From Selaginella moellendorffii (lineage: Eukaryota; Plantae; Lycopodiophyta): a stretch of 64,000 bases of DNA. Positions 39,001 through 49,207 of this stretch are shown in pieces (the stretch's first letter is position 1; every line of letters starts with the position of its first letter). The translations under genes and the position numbers were made by a program. Location: positions 469,700-533,699 of the forward strand of contig NW_003314282.1 of the NCBI RefSeq assembly GCF_000143415.4, given 5' to 3'. A model generated the notes under the pieces. It saw nothing but the letters and a program-made list of their open reading frames with translations, searched no databases and was not told the origin of the DNA.

Positions 39001-39980
39001 TGACCAAGTGAGAAGGACACCTAAAGGGAAATCAATTATGCCAATACGACGGTATAGTAAGTAAGTCCAAGAAAGTAGTCTCGGGGAGAGACCCATGGAA
39101 GGGTCGCAAAGTTGGGCCGTGGACAAAGCCCGAAGCAGAAATTGCTAAAGAGACCTACTAAGGTGAGCACTCGCTAGACTTACCAAAGTAGAGCCTTTGC
39201 CATGGAACCAAAAGGATACCTTGAGAATGGAGGTAGTGATCCTATGTTGCTCAGTGCAACAATCAATGGATAGGAGCAAAAGACTAGTGGCTAAAAAAAG
39301 AGCCATGGGAATCCTGGGAAAGAATCCAAATGGCAAAGTTAGGCTGAGAACACTAATGTGTTGGGTGCTAACGGATTGTGGGAAAGGCAATGTTTCCTCA
39401 AGGGTGGATTCCCAACCGCTCCGATTTGGCGAAAGTGGATGCTCCAAAAGGGGGAGCGGTAAAGTAGCTAAATAATAGGGCCGTGGGCAACCCTAGCACC
39501 AATTATGATAACTGAAACTTAGTGTCAAAGGTGGCACGATATCGGAGAGAGGATGATGGTATCCTCAAGTAAAGAACTTCCTAGAATAGGGAAATGGAGT
39601 TGCACCATGTGCAACGTAAGGTGTCGGAGACACCTAGGAAATTGACTTTGAGAAGTCAAAATTAAAAGTTCCAAAATGCAAGGTTATGTCAATGGAACCT
39701 GAGACTACTCGAGAATGAGTAGTGGAATTGAGTTAGAGAGGGAGTCTCTAATGGGTTTAACAAGAACTGAACCAATAAAAGGGAGCAAACCACCCCAGAT
39801 GATCGAAGGAGTCTTTATGTTGGAGAAACTATGCTCCTTCGAGGATAAATAAGGCATGGTGAGCCTTCAGTGTCAAACTATAGACAAATATTGGCTGGGT
39901 GTTAAGGATGGAAATGGTAATACATGCAGGTGTTACTTTATAAAAGGGTTTATCGTTCAATGAAGACATCGAACTTCGTC

Positions 39981-39995
39981 TATGGGTGGTAGAGT
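39981..39995 (+). promoter_or_regulatory. Polypurine tract (degenerate)
   Basis: tatgggtggtagagt lies immediately before the 3' LTR. Confidence 0.7.
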
Positions 39996-40552
39996 TGTGA
40001 GACACAAAATCCTTAGGCCCCAAAGTGGAGCCGGAAGGGTGCCACGTGGTAGTGGCTGAAGCAAAAGCCAAACGAGTGTAACACGTTTGGGCCAAAAGCT
40101 CCAACTTGAAAGGTCAAGAGCGGGAGTAGAACTCCCAACGAAGGGCTCGAGGAATGAGCACGAAGCGAGCAATAAACGAGGCTCCAAAAAGGGACCCAAA
40201 AAGGACCAACACATGACACGTGGAAGAGTCCAAGATGGACCCGAGATGGAGTCCGAGATGGACCCAAGTTGGAGTCCGAGATGGACCCGAGTTGGAGTTC
40301 GAGGTGGAGTCCGAGATGGAGTCCGAGATGGACCTGAGTTGGAGTCCGAGGTGGAGTCTAAGATGGAGTCCGAGATGGACCTGAGATGGAGTTTGAGATG
40401 GACCCGAGATGGAGTCTGAGATGGACCGAGATAGAGTCCGAGATGGAGTCCGAGATGGATCCGAGATGGAATCCAAGATGGAGTCCGAGAAGGACCCGAG
40501 ATGGAGTCCGAGGTCGAGACCGAGACCGGGACTGAGACCGGGACCGAGACCA

Positions 40553-40592
<40 letters not shown>

Positions 40593-41639
40593 TGGGACCG
40601 GGACCGGGACCGAGTCCGAGTCCGAGTCCGAGTTTGAGTCTAAGAGGGTGAAAGCCCAAAGCGTTTGTCTCCCAGACCCTGGGGGGTTTGGTGAGCTCCA
40701 AAAGTATAGTAAAGGGGAGGACTGCAGTGGAGCCAATTTGGCCAGGAAAGGCCAGTTTGGCCCAGGAAGGCCAGACCCAGTGTTGGGTGATGAACTAACC
40801 ACTGGGAAGTCCAAGACTAGAGTGAATACGGACCGACAAGCAAGGTAGCTTGGTGAAATGTTCAAGAGCCGGCTTTAGTTCCCTCGGGAGATCGACTAGC
40901 CGATGCTCCCAATCTAAGTGTGGGTGGCACTACCTACTTGGATACCTGGTGTGACTCAACGGAACCTCGCTCTAAGCCCATGGCTAGAGCACCCAAATGT
41001 GGAAGGCGGGGAGAGTACCCACGAGGCTTGCATAAGGCCACGATGTTCCGAAATGTTGTCCCAAAGGCTCAGACTGTGGAAAGGAAGAGGAGTAGTCCTC
41101 TGGTGTAATGATTAAGGATACAGTCGTGCGGTGAGGAAGTCCCAGAGGACCATGGGACTTAGTGGTCGGGCCTGTGGGCCCTGATCTAGTGGCAGTGTTG
41201 GCGAACACGGCTAAGGACAGAAAGGGACTTGGTGGGGACCAGAAAGGAAATATTGGGGAAGGCCATTCCCCATGTCTATAGGCATCTTAAGGATGTTAAG
41301 GAGTGGATCTGGGATAATCACTCATGGACGGGTGGCCTAGTCTTTGAGAGACGGGACTATGGTGTAGGTGGTGTCAGACCACTAGTGTGACTAAGGTGAA
41401 TGGGCATGGCCTTAGCGTAACGGGCTGATGTGTTAGTGGTACCTTGGGGTGTCGGTCATGGGATTGGACACGTGGAGCACTTGGACTAAGTGCAAAGGTT
41501 GAGTGGTGGAGATGCCATTCTTGGGGCTAGCAAGCCCAAGTCCAAAATAGGACTTATGGAGGTTGTGAGTGAGACTTCTAAAAGTGGTCGAAGGTGTGGT
41601 TAAGTGACTAAAGTAGAATGGAAAAATTAGTCACTTACA
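39996..41639 (+). repeat. 3' LTR (1644 bp)
   Basis: tgtgagacac...cacttaca followed by the TSD ctatc. Confidence 0.95.
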
Positions 41640-43357
41640 CTATCCTAGTAGCAGCACTAAATACCCACCTACATTGCTTGAAGGTATCATAATCAGTCCC
41701 TCTTGGGCACTTGCCATCGCAATCCTGTGGAATGACCCTAAGAAAGAGATAGGGTTTAGTTGTTTTAGGAAAAGAAAGAAAAATGGGTGAATAGAGATAA
41801 GTTGCCAATCATGATTTTATCTTTTGAATTCTCAAGCACCAGCTTGATGCCATCAGGTATGCACCACTTATACTAAAAACCCTAAAATAAAGAAGATCAT
41901 AATAAATCATTTGATCTTCTTAAAACTTTGCAAGGCATATTTTCATATTCATGATAGTTAGTTTTTATGATCTGCAACTTTAAAATTCAATGTTTAGAAT
42001 TGGTAAAAAAAAGAGGCACTTGCCTCACTTTACAATAACCTTTAACATTTGTAGCTTTACAAACCTAATAACAGAAACAACACCAATTCTGCCTCACTTA
42101 TTTTGTTATGCCCATAGATAGATAGCAAATTAACAATGAAATTGCATTCGGAGATATCTTAGCACACATTTCACAATAGTATTCAAAAGGTTGTTCCTCG
42201 TTCATGAGATTCAAGTACGAAGCACTCTTGCATTGGAAACAATTTTCTATTGGCATTTGTTATCACAATGAATTCTTAACAGTGAAAAAATATATAGAAA
42301 GAGCAACAGAAAAATAATATAATTGTAATTTTAAAAAAAATCGTGTGCCTTTCAGCTATATTCACTATTTGTTTAAAAAGCCAAGAGAGAACAGAGAACC
42401 ACAAATAGAACCAATGGATTATATAGTTTATAATGTTAAATTTATGGTATGCTATAGTTGATATGATCGAGAGACTCAAACTCTATCTCATTCTTGTGAA
42501 CGTTTACAGGTAATGATTACATAGCCACTTGCCACTTGACGTTCTTGAGCATGCATTTGTAGAGGAGTACAAAGGCTCAAGACAGTCATGGTAGTGTTGT
42601 AAATGTGGCAAGATATGTGTATGTGTAAAATAACGAACCTACCGGATTTTGGTTTTCAAGTAGTGTGGCAATTTTGTCCTATTTAAAAAAAAAAAACAAA
42701 ACAAAGCAATGCAAACCAAGTCTGCGGACAGATGAGCAAGAGGACAGCTGTTGTGATTTTTGTTATAGTCATGGACAGTGTCGAACTAATCTTTTATTTG
42801 TTCCACAGCATAACACAACATCTCCGTGACAACAAGAGAGGTGATTATCCACCTTTCTAGGTCTCAAAACTAAATAGCTACGTCCTTGCGCTTTATTGAT
42901 TCTTAAAAGTCAAGGCTCCCCTTCTTGCGCTCCGCAAAGCTTCTCCAGTATTTCACCTAGGCATTCGATGCACAAGTTTGTAGACATCAAAATGCTTGGA
43001 CTCACACTTGTTTCTCCAGTCTTCCCAAGCTGAGCTTGAGCACGATCAGGTCACCCATTAGGCGCGTGATATCCAAGGTACCACTCCACACCAGCCGACC
43101 CAGATCACTCTACATGGCATTCTCGGATGATGGCCAGGACCTTCTCATCAAGAGTAGTGTGGAATAAAAGCTGTCCATGGAGATACCTTTCAGTCTCTGG
43201 GATGCTGGTACCTCTCTATCTTGCCAGGCCTAGATTCCTTGTTTTTCAGGTTGAGATTGCCACAGATGGCGGGCTGATGTGGCGTTCACTGCGGAAGTGG
43301 CGGCTGTGCCACGCGGATATGCCACGTATAGTTTGAAGTTTAGGGTTCTTGAGAAGT

Positions 43358-45052
43358 ATGGCGATTAATAGGTCCGTGGTGGTGTACGAGAACGATGGCG
43401 GCGCGCTCTATAATTACGTCAACAGCTACCTCTCCTCTCTCGCAGTCAATCCGGAGCAGCCGGCGCTCTTCAGGGCGAGCTTGATCGACGACAACACGCC
43501 CCTCATCTTGGGGCTCCAGCCGGGCTTTCCCGTGCGTGACAAGTTCCAGGGCCTGGATTTCGAGTGGAGCGCGGGCGTGGCCACTGATGAATCGCCCTAT
43601 GTCATGGCGGCGTTCCCGCCGCACTGCTCCAACGACGTGATCCAGGCCTACTTTTCTCACATCACCGCCGCCTCCAAGCGCCGCCGCCTTTTCACCGTGA
43701 GGCCACCTGGTATGCACGAGATGAGCTGGGCGAGCTGCGAATTCGATCATCCCGCGAGCTTGGAGACGCTGGATAGCTCCATGGATGCCGAGCTCAAGGA
43801 GGAGCTGGTCAAGGATCTGGAGGCGTTTGTGGGAGCTCAGGACTACTACAAGAGGATTGGGAAGGCGTGGAAGAGGAGCTACCTCGTCCATGGCCGCCAG
43901 GCGAGTGGGAAAGAGCAGCTCGTTGCCGCCATAGCCAACAAGCTCGGCTACGATGTTTATGATCTCGACACTGGGTTGGTGGCGACCAAGGCGCAACTCA
44001 AGGAGATCTTGATGAAAACTGGGAGGAGGGCAGTGATCTGTGTGCATGGGATCGATAACCAGTCGGTCATCAAGGTGAAGATGGCGGATGTTTTGGACGC
44101 GAGCGATGGACTGTGGGCTCCGGACGAGAGGATCTTCGTGTTCGTGTCGGACGAAGCCAAGCCGGACACCGTCTTCCCGGGCTGCCAGGGCCGGATCGAT
44201 TTCTACGTGGCCATGGACACCAGCGGCTTCCAGATGCTCAAGTCGACAGTGAAGCTCCACTTGGGCGTGGAGGATCACAGGCTCCTGGGCGAGATCAAGG
44301 GGCTGATGATGGATCGGAAGGAGGAGGTCGACGTCGGCGAGCTCCTGGCGCTGGTGCTGGGGACGAGCAGCGGCTCCTATCCGGAAGATGTGCTTGAAAT
44401 GGTGGCGGAGCATCTCAAGAGCAAGAAAACGAAAACGTCGCCGGCCTCTCCATCGCCCTTCGCAGCAGCAGCAGCACCACCGTCACAATCGCCCTTCGCA
44501 CTAGCACAATCGCCCTTCGCGCCAGCACCAATATTCTTCGCACCAGCACCAACACCACCGCCACAATCGCCCTTCGCGCCAGCACCAATATTCTTCGCAC
44601 CAGCACCAACACCACCGCCACAATCGCCCTTCTTCGAACCAGCGGCACCTTTCGAGCACACATTCAGTCCGTGTATTGGCGGAGCTCAAGCGCCGTCCTG
44701 GGCCTTCTTCACACCATCGTGTCCTTTCGAGGAGGTATCGACTCAAGCTCCAGCAAAGAACACGTCCTCCGGAGGCTCGTTTCCAGCGAGGGCGGCGTCG
44801 TCGACGCCCAGTGCTGCACTTGGGACGGCGGCGGCGATTTTTGGCGGAGGAGGAGCTCCAGCAAGCGCGCCCAGTGCTGCATTTGGGGCGGCGGCATCGG
44901 CGGCGTCCGTGTCCCCGGAGGAGGCGCGAGCGAAGTTTTACCGCTGCTACAACGTGGACAAGCATTACGGCGTGACCATGGACAACTTGGACGCAAGCTC
45001 CCCATTCTGCAAATCGAAACCCAGTGCAGAAAAGAAAACTCTCTCCGCTTAG
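43358..45052 (+). CDS. Intronless BCS1-like AAA-ATPase homolog (564 aa) with degenerate catalytic motifs and a Pro/Ala/Phe-Gly-rich C-terminal tail
   Basis: FDHPASLETL..ELKEELVKDLEAF..DYYKRIGKAWKRSYL..GYDVYDL..DGLW..DERIFVF..GRID is the plant BCS1-like signature. ATG at 43358. Confidence 0.9.
   Translation: MAINRSVVVYENDGGALYNYVNSYLSSLAVNPEQPALFRASLIDDNTPLILGLQPGFPVRDKFQGLDFEWSAGVATDESPYVMAAFPPHCSNDVIQAYFSHITAASKRRRLFTVRPPGMHEMSWASCEFDHPASLETLDSSMDAELKEELVKDLEAFVGAQDYYKRIGKAWKRSYLVHGRQASGKEQLVAAIANKLGYDVYDLDTGLVATKAQLKEILMKTGRRAVICVHGIDNQSVIKVKMADVLDASDGLWAPDERIFVFVSDEAKPDTVFPGCQGRIDFYVAMDTSGFQMLKSTVKLHLGVEDHRLLGEIKGLMMDRKEEVDVGELLALVLGTSSGSYPEDVLEMVAEHLKSKKTKTSPASPSPFAAAAAPPSQSPFALAQSPFAPAPIFFAPAPTPPPQSPFAPAPIFFAPAPTPPPQSPFFEPAAPFEHTFSPCIGGAQAPSWAFFTPSCPFEEVSTQAPAKNTSSGGSFPARAASSTPSAALGTAAAIFGGGGAPASAPSAAFGAAASAASVSPEEARAKFYRCYNVDKHYGVTMDNLDASSPFCKSKPSAEKKTLSA
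44507..44632 (+). repeat. 57-bp in-frame tandem repeat (QSPFAPAPIFFAPAPTPPP x2 plus partial)
   Basis: caatcgccctt occurs at 44507, 44564 and 44621. Confidence 0.95.
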
Positions 45053-45483
45053 ATTCCCCTCTCCAGGTTTTCGATTGATACCATGCTGCTAGTAAAGCGA
45101 TGTTTCCTTTGAATCCAAATCTAGTAGAAGCTTTTTGATCTAGTTGTGTCTATGTAGAGGAGACCAGGCCGCACTTATCATGGCCCGTGAGCCAAGTAAA
45201 GCCGGCAGACAGCACCTCCTTGGAATCTTTGTCACTCTATGTGCACACAACCGTGTGAAAATCACAGCCCAAAAGGCTCTCGCCACACCGGCTTAATTGT
45301 GCACAAGCCAAGCAAGCAATTCTACCATAGCTCTCTCAAAACCCTAGACCCAGCCGCATTTTCACACGCAACCAACGGCCCAGATCGCATCTCCGCATCT
45401 CAACGGTCCAGAATGTTAATTAATTATTTCTAAACAAATCCTTAAGGAGAAGTCGTTAACGCTTGGCTATGGAGGGATGGAAC

Positions 45484-46721
45484 TTAGCAGCACGAAAATC
45501 GCCGAGTTGCATCGTCCTGGGGTGATTTTCCATCGCCGGCCCCGTTCAATCCGAGCTTCTGGCCGCGAGGGACGCGGTCGTCTTTGTCGTAGTCGTCCGG
45601 GACGATCCTCCGGCTCTTGGCGTCGAAGATCTCGCGGACAACGTTCTGGAACGCCGTCTTCACGTTTGTGGACGCCAGCGCCGACGTCTCCATGAAGAAG
45701 AGGTTCTCCGACTCGGCCAGCTCCTTGCCCTCCTCGACGGATACCTCGCGGATGTTTGTGAGATCGCACTTGTTGCCTACCAGCATTGTCACCACGCTCG
45801 ATCCTCCGTAAGCTATGGAAGCGAAGCTGGGTTAGAGCAATCAAAAGCCCAAGGCAATCAAGCTCAAGCACTAGTGGAAACAGAGAGGCCTCTAAACCAA
45901 AGTGGATTTCACGCATCAAGGGAGTGTCAACTAGACTGTGCATTGATGAAAAGGCAGCAAACCACGTCGCGAAGAACACCAAGAAAAGAATGATTTCTAC
46001 CACCATCTAGGCCGTGCATCAAGAACAATGTAAACATGACGACGTGAACAAAATCGACAAAGAGAGAAAAAAAAACAAAGCGATGCAAACCAGGCTACTA
46101 ATGCAAACAGAGAGGCCTCTAGAATTTCAAGTAGCAAATCAATATCAACTAGACTGTGCATCGATAGATACAAAACAACGTCGCGAAGAACACCAACAAA
46201 GAAAAGAATGAGTTCTATCACCATCTAGGCCGTGAATCTGCCACGAAGTCAAGAACAATGTAAACATGACAATGGAAAGAAGAAATCTCAGTGCAAACCG
46301 ATGCAAACCAAGTCTAGGACAATGCAAGCAAGAAAAAAGAAAGCAAAGCACAAAGAATTCCGAGGAGAGTAGAGTAGAACTTACTTCGCAGCTCATCGAG
46401 CCATTTGGAGATGTTCTCAAAGGTTTGCTTCCTGGTGATATCGTAGACAACGAGGGCTCCAAGCGCGCCCCTGTAATAGGCCGATGTCACAGCCCGGAAC
46501 CTCTCCTGCCCAGCCGTGTCCCACACCTGCGCCTTGACCTCCTTGCCATTGATCCTCATGCTCTGCGTCTGGAATTCCACCCCAATCGTGGCCTTGGAGT
46601 TCTGATTGAACTCGTTGCGAGCATACCTCGTCAGCAAATTCGACTTGCCCACCGCCGAATCGCCGATGAGCACTACCTTGAAGATGTAATCCTCGCCGGC
46701 CTCCTCCTCCTGGTACCCCAT
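45484..46721 (-). CDS. RABA5: Rab11/RabA5-type small GTPase; exons 46721-46385 and 45812-45484
   Basis: [44 protein letters not shown] and ETSAL motifs, with a C-terminal CC. The GT-AG intron joins in frame ([14 protein letters not shown]). Confidence 0.93.
45875..46315. repeat. Diverged tandem duplication (~220 bp period) inside the Rab intron
   Basis: cagagaggcctcta, caactagactgtgcat, accatctaggccgtg and aagaacaatgtaaacatgac each occur twice. Confidence 0.85.
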
Positions 46722-47224
46722 CGATCGATCGTGCTTTCTTTCGACCCTAGCTAGCTAGGCGGCCAAGAATCTCCCGAAATTTCGCTTCCTAGTGGAAGAA
46801 ATCTGCGAAATCTTGGCAATGCAGTACCAGGAAACCGGATTTTGAGCGCGATCTAGCGCCGCGGCTGCTCGGATCAAACCTATGGCGACGATGATCGCAT
46901 GGAAAGAGAATCTGTACGACTGCGGCAGATAAATCACATCAATGACGCGAGAACAGCGCCTGAGCTAACTGCAAACCCTACGACCGCTCATCACTCTCTG
47001 CAAAAAAAATGGATCGAATTGATCCACCGATCCCTCCCTTGCGGAGACGTCACGTCGTGGACACGCTGGATGCGTGTGGTCCCATCGCCACCGTTGCTTG
47101 TGCCACGCTCATCGACGGCCACACTTTAAAGTAGGGGAAGATTCCTCGCGCCCTAAAATCCATTAACGGAATGTGCTTTGCTAGTGGCCTGGCAGAATAT
47201 CCTAAGTAGCCGACGGAATATCTC

Positions 47225-47925
47225 TCAGCTCTTTCCTCCTCCCTCCTGTTTGTTCTTCTTTCCAAACCAGCTCGCGACGATTGGCGTCAATGCCACTGTT
47301 GGAGGGAATCGAATTGGCGAAGCAGCTTTGTGTGCGGCGTACGCGAGCGCCAGAGTTCCAACTTTCTCGCCAGTTTCGTTGCTCTGGATTCCCACCTGGT
47401 TGGATTCGCGATGGAACTTCGTGAGTGAAGAACACAAAGAATTTGATTGCTCGCTTACCTTTGCAAGCAGCGATGGAACGTCCACTCCCGCGTTGATGAG
47501 AAGGTAGCACAGCGCGAACGAGACCGCCGAGAGAGAGATGGAAGTGACTAGATACGCGCCACCGTATCTAGCGAGTAGCTCTTTGGCTTGGACTTTCTTC
47601 TCGCCGCTCTCGTTCTTCTTGGAAGAAAAAATCTGCAAGACGAGATTTTTTTTCTGAGAAAGGAAAAAGGGAGAGCGAGAGTTACCTTCCACAGACCAGC
47701 TTCCAATCCAAATTTCCTCGTCACTTCTTCGACACCGTCGTCTTTGTTCACAGCATCTGTTTCCACCGACTGCTTCGTTTCCTTCTCCTTGTTCATCACA
47801 GCGCTGCATATCCTTCTTGGCCTTCTCGTTTTGGACACACAAAGGCCTGCCCCCGTTCTTCTCTGCGGCTGAATTGTCGACCCAAAACTTAGAGCTTGCG
47901 AACAAGCCATGGCCACCACCGCCAT
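47225..47925 (-). CDS. DUF1279/FAM210-like protein, probably plastid-targeted; exons 47925-47686, 47632-47459, 47395-47225
   Basis: KELLARYGGAYLVTSISLS..GVDV..ALAYAAHKAASPIRFPPTVALTP; two short GT-AG introns keep the frame. Confidence 0.9.
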
Positions 47926-48081
47926 TCCCTGGACTAAAGTTCTCTTCTAACAAGTATCCCACCGCCCCAGCTCCCTTAACAGTGATCTTTCTCTTAAAAA
48001 CAAACTCGTTATTGTTAGTCAATGATACAAAACGAAGCTGTACAGTAACGAATACACACATACGTACTACACGCGTTGCTG

Positions 48082-49117
48082 TCAGAGGCCCTGGTAGAGA
48101 AGCACGACCGGAACCGCCACCAGAAAGATGGAGGCCACGGTCGGGACGAGGACTCGCTGGTGGAACGCACGGCCGATCCCTCCAGCTCGAGAGATGTGTT
48201 GGAATCCCAAGTAGGATGATAGTGTGGCCCATATGATCAGTCCCGCTTGAGTCCCTCTATCATACACGGAGCAAGCAAAGTTAGGCATCACTTTCTTGAA
48301 AGAAAGAGTGAGAAACTATACCTTTGCTGCATCACTTGGTATGGAGCTGTAATGACGAGCAAGAGAAGAACCAAAGGAAGCTCAAGCTCTCCTGTTAAAT
48401 ACTACCATGGTTACACCAACGAGAGAAGAAAAACTCGAGGCTATCAACGAACCTGGTATGGTGTAGAAAAGCCGGACAGTAAGCGCTAGAAATGCTGACC
48501 ACAATCCATATTCACCCCTGCAAGACCAAGATCAATATCAACACACAGGCAGAAGAAGAAAAAACCAGTGAAAGCAGAAACTTACTTCATCCAGTTGATA
48601 ACATTTTGAGGCATTTGCAATGCCAAGAGTGGAACGAGCAGCGATTTTCGAACTCCAGTGTTCTTAACAAGGAGAAGAGCCCTGGAAGAAAAAGAAATCA
48701 AGACCAAAGTTTTCATCGCAAAGAGAATTCTTACACAGCAGACACTGTCGAGACCCATCGTAGCGTCTCGCCCGAGCACTGCGCAGAGAAAGCTCCAGTT
48801 TTACATCCCCTCTTCATCATTCTCGATGAAAATGCCAGTGGAATTTTCTTCCTGGCGAGACAAAAAAAAAACAGAGAGAACGACTGTTCAAATCGGGAAC
48901 GTTCTCCAACTGTCAAGGGGGAAAAATGTAACCGATCCAAGAGCCAATCCAAGCGAGGGACGCGTCGGACTTACCCGATGGTCGACGAGGAGGAAAATAA
49001 CGATCGCCCGCGCGGCGCCGGCAATCCCAGCTGCTGGTGATGGCAGACAAGATCCATCCGCGGCGATCCACTCGGGATCGCCATCGACGCAAGCGCCAGT
49101 GGCATCGCCATCGCCAT
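48082..49117 (-). CDS. COR413IM: Cold-regulated 413 chloroplast inner-membrane protein, multi-exon
   Basis: Spliced translation gives a transit-like N-terminus, LRWVSTVSAVALLL..KSLLVPLLALQMP..WMKGEYGLWSAFLAL..ELELP, and final exon GTQAG..YLGFQHISRAG. Confidence 0.9.
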
Positions 49118-49207
49118 TCTCAAAACCCTAGCCTAGCTTGATATGCGAGCCTAAAGTTTTTAAAATTTCTCTCAAAAATTCATCTTCTTCTTCCTCTCGC
49201 GTTTCGC

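Larger units (their letters stand above)
34392..41639 (+). mobile_element. Complete LTR retrotransposon, non-autonomous, probably Ty3/gypsy-derived
   Basis: TG..CA LTRs, 5-bp TSD CTATC (34387-34391 and 41640-41644), PBS and PPT all present. The ~3.9 kb interior has no long ORF, only faint RT-like remnants near 36.9-37.2 kb. Confidence 0.95.

Noticed and set aside
43340-44413. 357-aa antisense ORF, and similar ones over SLAC1, TIC100 and PPR
   Set aside because: Shadow ORFs caused by GC-rich codon bias of the real genes.
47225-48232. 335-aa single ORF
   Set aside because: It is a read-through of introns and the spacer; better explained by the spliced DUF1279 gene and the COR413IM last exon.
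49123-49132. AAACCCTA motifs as interstitial telomere (also ~15364, 27811, 41878, 46974)
   Set aside because: Isolated single motifs near gene starts, i.e. ordinary telo-box-like elements rather than arrays.
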